Shown one piece after another: positions 21,552 through 32,036 of a DNA stretch of 64,000 bases. This DNA comes from Sedimentisphaerales bacterium. GTDB lineage: Bacteria; Planctomycetota; Phycisphaerae; Sedimentisphaerales; SM23-30. The notes below the pieces were generated by a model. It was not told the DNA's origin. It made no database searches and saw only the letters and a program-made list of their open reading frames with translations. The DNA lies in NCBI GenBank assembly GCA_963663965.2, contig CAXXFK010000026.1, positions 39,887 through 103,886 on the forward strand, given 5' to 3'. A program made the translations under genes and the position numbers. How positions within the stretch are numbered: position 1 is the stretch's first letter; each line of letters starts with the position of its first letter.

Positions 21552-22114
21552 ATTGGATTTTCCTTTTGTTTATAGCGTTTGAGGATTCCCTCGATTAATT
21601 TTTTCTCAAGTATGGAGTCGCTTGAGTTGATGGATTCCCAAATAAATGAATCAATATTTGAATGATAATAGATTTGACGGGATGCCATAAACGGGCTTGA
21701 ATTCGACTGGACGCGTTCCTGAGGTAAGGATGAAAGGCATAATTTTTCAACTGAAACTTTGCAAACAACCGGCTGTGACGGCGAATTGGTTAACGAGCAT
21801 TGGACCGAACGACGAATGGTATGCAGACTTGATTCAATAATGGAGGCCGGATCGATTATGTCATTCCGCCAGAATTCAAACCATTGTTTGCCAGTCAGTG
21901 GAAGGGTAGACACCAAACCCATTCGATAATCGATGGTATTAATGGTGAAACCATGCGATTTTAACTCAGCCTGGCATGCTTCGATAAGCAGATCCCGATC
22001 CAGAGATGTGTCAATATCGTCCGGAATTGATGACTGACATCCTACTAAAGCCAATGTCAGGCCTAAAAATAAAACAGCAATGCAATATTTCCAATTTGTT
22101 AGGATGTTATTCAT
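21548..22114 (-). CDS. Hypothetical lipoprotein
   Basis: Hydrophobic N-terminus ending in the lipobox LVGC; stop overlaps the ROK start codon. Confidence 0.65.
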   Translation of the reverse strand: MNNILTNWKYCIAVLFLGLTLALVGCQSSIPDDIDTSLDRDLLIEACQAELKSHGFTINTIDYRMGLVSTLPLTGKQWFEFWRNDIIDPASIIESSLHTIRRSVQCSLTNSPSQPVVCKVSVEKLCLSSLPQERVQSNSSPFMASRQIYYHSNIDSFIWESINSSDSILEKKLIEGILKRYKQKENPI

Positions 22115-22124
22115 ATTGGATGAC

Positions 22125-23210
22125 CTAAATGGGATACTTTTCAAACAATTTTGCCCATTCTGAATCTGCGATCAAACGCATTCGACGTTTGCCTTCGGTG
22201 GGCCACCAGATATAATCGTGATATAGAAATGAACCAAAAATAAAAAAGTAAACAATCGGCGTATGGAACATGAGATATTGAAGGAATTTGAAAGGCCCAA
22301 ACCAGAATTGTTTCCCAACCCGACTTACCGCGTTATCTGTTTGATGGAATTGAAAATTGACCTGGGATATATCTTCACCTGAAATTTCTATTTCATCAAT
22401 TCGACCGGTTCCGAGTCCCTGTTCATGAGCCATACGGATGCATTTGATGGACATGGGATCAAACCCCATTAATTTAGCAGATATGGCATCAATGGCAACG
22501 CTATCGTTAGATGCCAGGATGTAATCTTTGATCATAGGAATCATGGTTCGCGGCCCCGCACCATTACCGGCGACAGTGCCGTCCATAATCGTGAAAATAC
22601 CGCTATGGATCTCTTTTTGAACAGCCAGCAAATCGACCAGGGTTTCGTGGATTACACTGTGGGTATAGTGGCGTTTGGTATTCAAGAGGCCACCAAAAGC
22701 GTTTTTCATGGCGCCAGTCATTGTTGTATAGATATGACATTTGACGGTAGGAAGATGAATAATGTTTTTATCAAAGAAGAAATCTGGTATCTGGATGCCT
22801 TTTGGAAAAACTTTATCGAGGACGAGCATTTTTGCTTTGGGCTCATAAGTGATCCACTTCATGTGCCGGGGATTAAAATTAAACCGAACAGGCACTTCAT
22901 GTTTTCCCAGAACTTTAGTATACCGATTCAGGCGTTCCCCTTTATAAGGATTGGTAACTACCGTACGGTTTTCCACACAAACAATATCCTGATAGTTACG
23001 TTTTTTAAGCGCCAGAATGGTTCCTTCCAACTGCCATGGAGTCGTATTGGCGCTTAAAAAGGGCATATGCCAGGAAATATTATCTTTTAGAATCGTGGTT
23101 TTGTTTACCGGCAAGGAGGGTTCGATCTCAGCCAGTTGAACCAGTTTGTCTATGTCTTCCAGTACGGTTTCGGCTTTAGTTTTGAGAACAGCTACCTTGG
23201 AACAGGCCAT
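22125..23210 (-). CDS. DUF362 domain protein
   Basis: ILKDNISW, LPTVKCH, TGAMKNAFG, IMDG..GNGAGP, D.VAIDA motifs. Confidence 0.85.
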   Translation of the reverse strand: MACSKVAVLKTKAETVLEDIDKLVQLAEIEPSLPVNKTTILKDNISWHMPFLSANTTPWQLEGTILALKKRNYQDIVCVENRTVVTNPYKGERLNRYTKVLGKHEVPVRFNFNPRHMKWITYEPKAKMLVLDKVFPKGIQIPDFFFDKNIIHLPTVKCHIYTTMTGAMKNAFGGLLNTKRHYTHSVIHETLVDLLAVQKEIHSGIFTIMDGTVAGNGAGPRTMIPMIKDYILASNDSVAIDAISAKLMGFDPMSIKCIRMAHEQGLGTGRIDEIEISGEDISQVNFQFHQTDNAVSRVGKQFWFGPFKFLQYLMFHTPIVYFFIFGSFLYHDYIWWPTEGKRRMRLIADSEWAKLFEKYPI

Positions 23211-23272
23211 AATAAAAATCTCCCAAACATTGAAAATTATCCAACGGAAGTTATTACACCGATAGAAATTTG

Positions 23273-24217
23273 TTATTTGTGAAAGAATGTTTCGATCAGA
23301 TAGTGGTCGAGCTTGTTGCCATTATTGACGACGACATAAGCCAAGACTATCCATATCAACAGATTCAGTAATGATGGTATATCTCTGATAATTGACTGGG
23401 TAGGATCTTCGCCCTTTTTGAGATGGTACATAAGATAAAGGTATCTAAATATGCCATAGATTACAGAGGGAACTGTAATGATCATGGTTCTGGTGCCGAG
23501 GACTTCCTGGCTGCAAGTGCGATCGTCAACCGTGTAAAGTGCGTAACAGATTATGGTCGCGCCAGTCACAATCGCGATCAATTGATCAAGGAATTTTATA
23601 CTGTAATCTTTAAGGACATGACGGGTGATGGTTGTATCTGATTCCGTAACAATCAATTCGGCTCGACGTTTGGCAAAACCAAGAAACAGGGATATCATAA
23701 TCGTACAAAGCAAAATCCAATGCGACGGTTTGGTGGCAATCGCAACGCTACCGGCCAATATTCTTAAGAGAAATCCAGCTGAAATCGTCATAATGTCGAG
23801 TATCGCCACATATTTCAATATCATTGAGTACGCTAGGCTTAAGAAAAAGTAAGCGAGAATTACCCAGATTAACACGGTATTTACCAAAAGACTAATACCA
23901 AGACTGCTGAATAAAAAAATGATCAGCAGAATAATCGCATCACGTGGCAGGATCGTTCGATTCGCGAGTGGTCTTGATTTTTTTATGGGATGATTGCGGT
24001 CTTCATTTTGATCGCATAAATCATTGAAAATATATATGGCACTGGAAATCAGACAAAAACTTAAAAAGGCCTTGATCGCTTGAATATCCGCATTGGCATT
24101 TAAATATTGTCGAGAAAAAAGTAACGGTGCAAAAACAAATCCGTTTTTAAGCCATTGAACTGGCCGTAACAGCTTAATCATTGCTAAAAGCTTATTGTAT
24201 GGTTGCTCAGTTGTCAT
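23273..24217 (-). CDS. UbiA-family decaprenyl-phosphate phosphoribosyltransferase-like membrane protein
   Basis: LRPVQWLKN, YIFNDLCD..EDRNHPIKKSRPLA, KRRAEL, GEDPT; multiple TM helices. Confidence 0.88.
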   Translation of the reverse strand: MTTEQPYNKLLAMIKLLRPVQWLKNGFVFAPLLFSRQYLNANADIQAIKAFLSFCLISSAIYIFNDLCDQNEDRNHPIKKSRPLANRTILPRDAIILLIIFLFSSLGISLLVNTVLIWVILAYFFLSLAYSMILKYVAILDIMTISAGFLLRILAGSVAIATKPSHWILLCTIMISLFLGFAKRRAELIVTESDTTITRHVLKDYSIKFLDQLIAIVTGATIICYALYTVDDRTCSQEVLGTRTMIITVPSVIYGIFRYLYLMYHLKKGEDPTQSIIRDIPSLLNLLIWIVLAYVVVNNGNKLDHYLIETFFHK

Positions 24218-24347
24218 AACTTTGAATGCAGGTTTTCAAGAAATTAAACTATTCTTATATATGGTTTTAATGAGACGTCAGTTATAAAAGAAATTCATGT
24301 TAAATTATCGTCCAATTTCATAATTTGAATTTAAAAGTTATTCGTAC

Positions 24348-25334
24348 TTATAACTGATAACCATTTGGATGACTTAGGTGCCATTTCCAAGCTGAACTGA
24401 TAATAGCATCTAAGTTATCATATTGGGGTGTCCAACCCAGTTCATTCCGTAATTTAGCGGAACTTGCCACAAGGTGAGCAGTATCACCTGAACGCCGTGG
24501 CAGGATTTTATACGGGATTGGCTGGCCCACCACCTTTTCAGCGGTCTGGATAACTTCAAGCACTGAATGGCCATTGCCTGTGCCAATATTGTAAAAATTT
24601 CCTGAACCAGGTTTGACAGCCTCAACGGCACGGATATGGGCATCAGCCAGATCCTGAACATGAATATAATCACGTATACAGGTTCCATCGGGGGTATCGT
24701 AGTTATCACCAAAAATGCCAATAAATTCTCGTTGTCCCAGTGGTACTTGCAAGACAAGTGGAATCAGATGAGTTTCCGGCTCGTGTGCTTCACCATATTG
24801 GCCGTCATCTGATGCCCCACAAGCGTTAAAGTATCTTAAAATCGTGTATCCAAGGCCGTAGGCTTTGGAGAAATCCTGTATCAGGCGTTCAATGGCATAT
24901 TTGCTAAATGCATAGGGACTATCTGGATTCTTAGGTGAGTCTTCATTTAGCAGTTGATTATCCACTACTGGAGCAAATACGGCAGCAGTACTGGAAAAGA
25001 GCATTTTCGAAACTCCTGTGTCCATCATCGCACTGAGTAGTGTCAAGGAGTTGTTGATATTATTGTAATAGTATTCTCTGGGAATATCGCAGGATTCGCC
25101 TACAGCAATATAAGCGGCAAAATGCATTACAGCATCGATCTGCTTTTCCTTAAAAACCTGTAATAATAAATCATAATTGCCAATGTCGCCCTGAATCAAG
25201 CGATCTGGAGGAACTGCTTGGGAGTGACCTTTACATAAATTATCGTAAGCCCAGCATTGGTGGCCACGATTAAGCAATTCGCGTACGACAGTACTTCCCA
25301 CGTATCCGGCGCCTCCTGTAGCCAGAATCTTCAT
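24348..25334 (-). CDS. galE: UDP-glucose 4-epimerase
   Basis: TGGAGYVGS, HFAAYIAVGES, YAFSK, LRYFNA, ETHLIP, DGTCIRDYIHV. Confidence 0.95.
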   Translation of the reverse strand: MKILATGGAGYVGSTVVRELLNRGHQCWAYDNLCKGHSQAVPPDRLIQGDIGNYDLLLQVFKEKQIDAVMHFAAYIAVGESCDIPREYYYNNINNSLTLLSAMMDTGVSKMLFSSTAAVFAPVVDNQLLNEDSPKNPDSPYAFSKYAIERLIQDFSKAYGLGYTILRYFNACGASDDGQYGEAHEPETHLIPLVLQVPLGQREFIGIFGDNYDTPDGTCIRDYIHVQDLADAHIRAVEAVKPGSGNFYNIGTGNGHSVLEVIQTAEKVVGQPIPYKILPRRSGDTAHLVASSAKLRNELGWTPQYDNLDAIISSAWKWHLSHPNGYQL

Positions 25335-25771
25335 AAAAATCCTTTCGAGGTTGATTTAATCATTTATTATTGTAATATACTGAAAACAAGACTATTATAA
25401 ACAAATGGGCCCAAATGTCTATGATGTTTTGCCTGTAATTTAAGAACTCAGATCTGTTAAATTTATAGTAACCATGTAAGGTAGCATTAAAGCGTTGTAA
25501 TGTGTAAATATATATGTATTAGACAGTTATCATTTTGATATTTACTCGTATGCAATTTGGGTCAGATAGGATGAGACTTTTTTTGCATGATCTGCCAGCT
25601 TATATAGGAGATTTCGCAAAGTCAGATGAATGATGCATTGTATGTCTAGAGGCTAATGAACAACGAATTAAATTCTAACGTTAATGCAATTTCAATTATC
25701 TTGATTGCGTTTATGATAAGATGCTCAGCGTTTTCTATTTAGCATCTTTCAAATACATGGAGTTATGTATC

Positions 25772-26887
25772 ATGATGAATTCAAGAATGTCTTTAGTGGC
25801 TTCGATTGTCTGTATTATCACAGTGGTAAGTTATGGCGAGAATCGGAAAGATATCCGGATTCCGGATTTGCCCGAATATGTTACTCTCAAGTGTGATTTC
25901 CATATGCATACCGTCTTCTCTGACGGTGAGGTTTGGCCAACAGTAAGAGTTAAAGAGGCCTGGCGTGAGGGACTTGATGCCATTGCTATTACTGATCATA
26001 TTGAGTATCAACCTCATAAAAACGACATTCCAAGTCAGCATAACCGATCTTATGAAATTGCCCGTCAGTTGGCTCATGATATGGATATGATTCTTGTTAA
26101 GGCATCAGAAATTACCCGTTCGACACCTCCTGGACACTATAATGCCTTATTTCTGACAGATAGTGAAGCTCTAGCCAAGGTGCAGGATGATTTTCAGGCG
26201 ATCATGGAAGAAGCCGGCAGGCAGAAAGCCTTTATTTTCTGGAACCATCATGCTTGGAAAGGTGAAGATAAAGGGATGTGGACGGATATCCAGACTCAAC
26301 TGGTTCAGAAGGGCTGCTTGCATGGCATGGAGGTTGTTAATGGAGGGACATATTATCATTACGCACTGGATTGGTGTTCGCAAAAGAATCTGGTTATGTT
26401 AGGGGATTCGGATATCCATGCTCCTTCGTTGGAACAGGATAACAATGTTGATGGACACCGTCCAATTACCTTGGTATTTGCTAAAGAGAGGAGCTTCGAA
26501 TCGCTGAGAGAAGCAGTATTTGCAGGCCGGACAGCAGTATGGGGGGATGATATGATCTATGGTCGTCCGCGCTGGCTGAGCGCATTGGCAGCAGAAATCA
26601 TTCAAGTGGGTAAGCCTTTCCATATCAAAAATAATACCTGGGGGATTTATGTATCGAATAAATCCTGCATCCCTATCGAATTGACACGAGATGGCGAATA
26701 TGGGCCCAAGAGTATCTCCCTTTCTCAGGATGCAACGACGCTGGCTAAATTTGAGGTGGAGGGAGATCCAGAGGATACTACAGTTAGTTATAAAGTAGAT
26801 AATTTCTGGGTTGGTGACCAGAAGCCTGTTGTTATTTATAAGACAATAACCGGTTTTAACCGTAAACATGCTGTTTTAGCGCCGTAA
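25772..26887 (+). CDS. Secreted PHP-domain phosphoesterase
   Basis: GGAG RBS before ATG 25772; CDFHMHTVFSDG, AITDHIEY, FWNH, GDSDIH. Confidence 0.85.
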   Translation: MMNSRMSLVASIVCIITVVSYGENRKDIRIPDLPEYVTLKCDFHMHTVFSDGEVWPTVRVKEAWREGLDAIAITDHIEYQPHKNDIPSQHNRSYEIARQLAHDMDMILVKASEITRSTPPGHYNALFLTDSEALAKVQDDFQAIMEEAGRQKAFIFWNHHAWKGEDKGMWTDIQTQLVQKGCLHGMEVVNGGTYYHYALDWCSQKNLVMLGDSDIHAPSLEQDNNVDGHRPITLVFAKERSFESLREAVFAGRTAVWGDDMIYGRPRWLSALAAEIIQVGKPFHIKNNTWGIYVSNKSCIPIELTRDGEYGPKSISLSQDATTLAKFEVEGDPEDTTVSYKVDNFWVGDQKPVVIYKTITGFNRKHAVLAP

Positions 26888-26950
26888 TCTCTGAATTATC
26901 TATGGATCGGCGCTTATTGCATACAGTAAAAAATATTTCAGGAGTTTAAT

Positions 26951-28888
26951 ATGATCCGTCAGCTAAAATGTCTCATTGCGTTAATTGTAATAATGGTGGC
27001 CGGTACTGTATTGGCAGAAACAGTCCGTCTGTCTGAACTGGATCTTTCTAAAGTCCAGCAGGGGTGGGGATGGCCTCGGGCGGATAAATCCTGTGATGGG
27101 AATATGTTAACAATAGCCAATGAGACATACCAATATGGTTTGGGTACCCATGCGGACAGTGTGCTTTATATTGAGTTAAAAAACAGCGCGAAACGCATCC
27201 GAGCCAAAGTGGGTGTGGATGATGAAGTTAAACCCAATACCGGTACTGTTATATTCAAGATTATTACTGAAAAAAAGGAATTATACAATAGCGGTACCAT
27301 GAAAACTGGTGATCCCGCCAAATCACTTGATGTTGATATTTCTGGTTGCGAAACGATTATCCTGATGGCAGCCTCGACTGGCGATGGTATTAACTATGAT
27401 CATGCTGACTGGGTGGATGTGACCATTGACTATGAAGGGAAACGCCCGGAAACAATCGATGCCCCCAAAGAAGAGGCTGTTATCCTGACTCCGAAGCCTG
27501 GGCCTGAACCCCGCATAAATAGCGCGCGTGTTTTTGGTGTACGGCCGGGAAGTCCTGTTCTCTATACTGTTGCTGCAACCGGTGATCGCCCGATGACATT
27601 TTCTGCAAAAGGATTACCAGATGGAGTTAAAATTGATCGTCAAACAGGCTGCATTTCGGGAGTTATAAAGTCAAAGGGTGAATATTCTGTCGAATTAATC
27701 GCGACGAATAAAAATGGTGATGCCAAAGCGAAACTATCGATCTGTGTTGGCGATACGATTGCATTAACACCGCCAATGGGCTGGAATAGCTGGAATTGCT
27801 GGGCTTGTGCCGTTGATGATCAGAAAATCAGAGAGAGCGCCAGAGCCATGGTAGAGTCCGGCTTAATTAATCATGGATGGCAATATATTAATATTGATGA
27901 CTGCTGGATGCGTAAACCTGATCAGGATCCGCGTGATTCTGAAGGGATGCTGTTAACTAATGAAAAATTTCCGGATATGAAAGGACTGGTCGATTATATT
28001 CACAGTTTGGGATTGAAGGCAGGCACCTATATTTCTCCGGGACCGACAACATGCGCAGGATATGTTGGAAGTTATCAATACGAGATGAAAGATGCTATCC
28101 AGTTTGCTCACTGGGGCTTTGACTATCTTAAATATGACTGGTGCGGCTACAGCAATGTTGAGAAAAGCCGTTCACTGGAGGCGTTAAAAAAGCCATATCA
28201 GGTTATGCGAGAATGCCTGGATAAGGCGGATCGCGATATCGTTTATAGTTTATGTCAATATGGAATGGGCGAGGTATGGACCTGGGGTGAAGAGGTGGGA
28301 GGCAACTGCTGGAGGACAACCGGTGATATTACTGATACCTGGGGAAGTATGAGTGGCATTGGGTTTTCCCAGGATAAATGTGCACCCTATGGTAATCCCG
28401 GCCATTGGAATGATCCAGATATGCTGGTCGTGGGTAAAGTTGGGTGGGGGCCCAATCTGCATCCATCTCGCTTAACCCCCAATGAACAGTATACCCACAT
28501 CAGTTTGTGGTGTTTGCTGCCCTCACCGCTATTAATAGGTTGTGATCTGGCTGACATGGATGAATTTACTCTCAATCTGCTTACAAACGATGAGGTTTTA
28601 GCCATCAATCAGGATCCATTGGGATATCCAGCCAGGCGGATTCCGCGCGAAGATCAGGCAGAAATCTGGTGGCGCAAGCTTCAGGATGGAACACTTGCCG
28701 TTGGATTATTCAACCGATCTGAGTTTGAGCAGGAAGTTAATATTCAGTGGAGCGAGCTTAATCTAACTGGACGTCAACCCATCCGTGATCTATGGCGGCA
28801 AAAAGATCTTGGATCATATCGCAATGAATTCAAGGCATCCATTCCGCGGCATGGTGTGACATTTATCAAAGTTGGTAAATCGCGTTGA
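26951..28888 (+). CDS. GH27 alpha-galactosidase with NPCBM and Ig-like (He_PIG) domains
   Basis: GLGTHA..VGVDDE..DHADW (NPCBM); TPPMGWNSWN, INIDDCW, DYLKYDWC, WRTTGDI, WNDPDML. Confidence 0.93.
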   Translation: MIRQLKCLIALIVIMVAGTVLAETVRLSELDLSKVQQGWGWPRADKSCDGNMLTIANETYQYGLGTHADSVLYIELKNSAKRIRAKVGVDDEVKPNTGTVIFKIITEKKELYNSGTMKTGDPAKSLDVDISGCETIILMAASTGDGINYDHADWVDVTIDYEGKRPETIDAPKEEAVILTPKPGPEPRINSARVFGVRPGSPVLYTVAATGDRPMTFSAKGLPDGVKIDRQTGCISGVIKSKGEYSVELIATNKNGDAKAKLSICVGDTIALTPPMGWNSWNCWACAVDDQKIRESARAMVESGLINHGWQYINIDDCWMRKPDQDPRDSEGMLLTNEKFPDMKGLVDYIHSLGLKAGTYISPGPTTCAGYVGSYQYEMKDAIQFAHWGFDYLKYDWCGYSNVEKSRSLEALKKPYQVMRECLDKADRDIVYSLCQYGMGEVWTWGEEVGGNCWRTTGDITDTWGSMSGIGFSQDKCAPYGNPGHWNDPDMLVVGKVGWGPNLHPSRLTPNEQYTHISLWCLLPSPLLIGCDLADMDEFTLNLLTNDEVLAINQDPLGYPARRIPREDQAEIWWRKLQDGTLAVGLFNRSEFEQEVNIQWSELNLTGRQPIRDLWRQKDLGSYRNEFKASIPRHGVTFIKVGKSR

Positions 28889-28904
28889 TTGCAAATCAAA
28901 TTCG

Positions 28905-28945
28905 TTAAAAAAACCGGATTTGAATCAACCAATCCGGTTTTTTAA
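28905..28945. terminator. Bidirectional terminator between convergent genes
   Basis: A7-CCGGATT-loop-AATCCGG-T6. Confidence 0.85.
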
Positions 28946-28964
28946 ATTATATAATGTTAGATTT

Positions 28965-30293
28965 TTATACTTTATCGTGACGGTAATCTCGATAATTGCG
29001 GGTTAGCCAGCTGGGATCACCAGTTCCACCGATAAAGGTGAATTTAGCCGGATCCCATTTGATTCTGGCGTGATTATAATAAGATTGGTTCATCAGATGG
29101 CAACAAATAGCCGTATGCCCACCGACGCCTTCATGGGTGATGGGTTTTTGTCTTGATTTTACGGAATTCAGGAAATCGCCGGTATGGTCACCACGGGTAT
29201 CAACCAATTTAATTTTGGCATCTTTGAGATAATCCCGCGCAGTAAGCAGGACTGCCGTATCCAGCGATCCGCCATCTTCACGCTGGGTAAATTTGGCAAT
29301 GGTTTTACCATTTTGAATGAACCAGAATTTACCACGGTTAACCATTATTTCACCTTCGCTGCCATACATGTGAACGCCAAAACCATCTTTATGGATTACT
29401 TTAACACCATTTGCGTAAACCAGCGTTGCACCACGTTTGGCTTTGGGATCCTCCGGGGGAAGCACTTCAACTGGACCACTTTCATCCATTGCCAAAGCCC
29501 ATTGAGCAATATCCAAATGATGAGCGCCCCAGTCTGTAACCATTCCACCACCGAACTCGCGGTAATTACGCCAATCCGGGAAGTGATCGTGTATACCCCG
29601 TGGGCTTAGTATCGAATTGTAGGGACGTTTGGGAGCCGGGCCCAGCCACATATTCCAATCCAATCCTGGTTCCATATCTTCACCAGGTAGATCGCAGGGC
29701 CTGCCAGGGTCACCAAAGCTGCATTCAATATGACTGATTTTACCGATCAGACCGTTCTGTGCCAGTTCACATGCGACTCGGAATTCCTTTGAAGATCGCT
29801 GCATTGAACCGGTCTGTAATATCCGATTATTGGCGGCAGTTGTATTCATCACGGCTACCGCTTCTGAAATATTGTGAGTCAGTGGTTTTTCACAATAGAC
29901 ATCCTTGCCGGATTTTAACGCTGCAATAGTTACTTCTGAGTGCCAATGGTCGGGAGTGGCGATACAGATTGTATCGATATCTTTACGGGCAATCATTTCA
30001 GCATAATCAACATAGGCTTTACAACCGGCGGAGCCTTTATCGGGAGACTTGGTATAAAAGTCGTCCACTCTTTTTCTAGCATTTTCACGTCGGGTGGTGT
30101 CCACGTCGCAAACAGCCAGAACTTGAGTTCTACCCAGAAAATTACCCAGCAGGCCACGGTTTTGTTTTCCCATACCGACAAATCCCATTGTAATCCGCTC
30201 ACTGGGAGCAGCAGATAATACCGATGAAGGGATGATTAAGGGGGCAGCAGTCAATACAGCACTTTTTAAGAAACTACGGCGTGTTGTCTTCAT
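28965..30293 (-). CDS. Tat-exported Gfo/Idh/MocA-family oxidoreductase
   Basis: TRRSFLK; ATPDHWH, DVYCEKP, GSMQRS, WLGPAP, DWGAHHLDIAQW. Confidence 0.93.
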   Translation of the reverse strand: MKTTRRSFLKSAVLTAAPLIIPSSVLSAAPSERITMGFVGMGKQNRGLLGNFLGRTQVLAVCDVDTTRRENARKRVDDFYTKSPDKGSAGCKAYVDYAEMIARKDIDTICIATPDHWHSEVTIAALKSGKDVYCEKPLTHNISEAVAVMNTTAANNRILQTGSMQRSSKEFRVACELAQNGLIGKISHIECSFGDPGRPCDLPGEDMEPGLDWNMWLGPAPKRPYNSILSPRGIHDHFPDWRNYREFGGGMVTDWGAHHLDIAQWALAMDESGPVEVLPPEDPKAKRGATLVYANGVKVIHKDGFGVHMYGSEGEIMVNRGKFWFIQNGKTIAKFTQREDGGSLDTAVLLTARDYLKDAKIKLVDTRGDHTGDFLNSVKSRQKPITHEGVGGHTAICCHLMNQSYYNHARIKWDPAKFTFIGGTGDPSWLTRNYRDYRHDKV

Positions 30294-30364
30294 AGGATAG
30301 TCCTTTAAAAAAAATGGAATTTAAATCAAACAATCATTCAGATAACGGGATACAAAAAAATATA

Positions 30365-31297
30365 TTACTGTTTTTCTTTGTCTTTAGGGCTGCCCAGTAG
30401 TTTGTCTGGATCTTTTAAAATAGAATCAACTGCACCCTTCACTCCTTCAGTACCGCCTTCCAGGGCTTTGCCAGCTTTATCAAGTACATCTTTAGATATT
30501 TTTTCTGCGTTTTTCAAAGCTTCCTGAGTAGTTTTTCCTAGAGTAATTTCCATCATTTTGACTGAAGTAGTCAAATTATTAAGCAGGTTGGCTGGTATAT
30601 CTTGCGGATTTGCATCCACGGTGGCTTTAGTAACAGCTATCAGAATTTCCCGGATTACTTCAGTAGCAAGAACTGCATTGCTTTTATCGCCACCAATATC
30701 AGTTAATACTATCTCGCCCAATTTCGTTTCAACCATGCCTTTATCGCTTCCCCCCAGTCCTTGAATGAGTTTAATGCGGGTACCGGCATTTTTGATTGCA
30801 ATTTTTTCAATCTTTAGTTTTTTACCAGATTCGGCCTCTTCTTTATTCTTTTGAGTTTCTGTTTCTTCCGGGGACATTTTGCTAAGATGATCCAGAATTT
30901 CCTGAACATTCGTTGTTAACCCTTTCTGTTCAATGGTTAATGTCAGGCCATCAATGAGAATACTTTTAACAATAACCGTATCGCTGGTTAATGAATTGAT
31001 ATCGACGGCACAGGAGGCGAGATCAAGATCAAGCATATCGGGGGTTTGGTAATCATCAGGATTCGCTATCTTCATATTTTCCAAGACTACCTGGCCTTTT
31101 AAAATTTGAATATCGGCTTTTTCCAAAGTAGCCGAAGTTCCCAAGGCCATACTACCGGCCGTTTCTATACCGTTGCGGGCAATCTGATCAATGAAGGTTA
31201 AAATTCCAATAACAATCAGAACAAGTAAAATTACAATCAGACCAAGTATTTTGAGCAGGATATTGGCTTTCTTTTTGGGTTTGTTTTCCTTATTCAT
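30365..31297 (-). CDS. AsmA/DUF748-like membrane-anchored protein
   Basis: GGAG RBS before ATG 31297; N-terminal TM anchor; IANP, TNV..IL motifs; amphipathic helical tail. Confidence 0.6.
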   Translation of the reverse strand: MNKENKPKKKANILLKILGLIVILLVLIVIGILTFIDQIARNGIETAGSMALGTSATLEKADIQILKGQVVLENMKIANPDDYQTPDMLDLDLASCAVDINSLTSDTVIVKSILIDGLTLTIEQKGLTTNVQEILDHLSKMSPEETETQKNKEEAESGKKLKIEKIAIKNAGTRIKLIQGLGGSDKGMVETKLGEIVLTDIGGDKSNAVLATEVIREILIAVTKATVDANPQDIPANLLNNLTTSVKMMEITLGKTTQEALKNAEKISKDVLDKAGKALEGGTEGVKGAVDSILKDPDKLLGSPKDKEKQ

Positions 31298-31887
31298 TAG
31301 TAGTCTCCATTCAAATTTTACGATGTTATGATTAAAATATTCCTTGAAGTCCCAAGCAACTGTTGAGATAGACATTTATAAAAAATGACTTTGTAAATGT
31401 TTATAAATAGATCCTACCTAAAAAGCGAATAAAAACTTAGTTAAGCTTGGTAAAATGGATTGGTTTATCGAGAATTGTCTGGGAGTCAATAACACTACAA
31501 TGGTTTGGCTGCTTATAGCGTGGAATCTATCATGTATGGCAAAGATAAGTATATGTTAGATAATGAAGTTAGCAATAATTTAATTGCAATTGGCTTCGTT
31601 TGGTGGTGGCATAAGAAGCAGTATGAAGTTTTCAAAGAACCATGCAATTATTAAGTAACACGATATTCAAGAAAAAAATATAACGCATTTTGGGGTGATT
31701 AGTCTTGAAGGGCTCAATGGGGTATGATCTTATAAGACACTGTTAATAAAAGAGTAATGATGCTATATGTTTGATAAAGATCTGGGCAATTCCATTCTCG
31801 AACTGAGCGGCCCTTGGGAGCAGAGAAATCACTAAAGCTAATTAAGAAATCTAAACCTGACTGTGAAACAAATAACAGGCTTTGTGG

Positions 31888-31916
31888 TTGACAAAACCAG
31901 GCTTATCTGGTTTAAT
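31888..31916 (+). promoter_or_regulatory. Sigma70 promoter with overlapping dyad (candidate operator)
   Basis: TTGACA-17 nt-TTTAAT; AAACCAG-N6-CTGGTTT at 31894-31913. Confidence 0.6.
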
Positions 31917-32036
31917 TCTTTTGTTTGGAGAAAGTTACATTCATCAGGGCCTATATCACACAATAATAAGTTAATGCGCATATAGACTATAATATGTCTA
32001 AGAATTGAACATGATATATAACCTGAGGAATATTTT

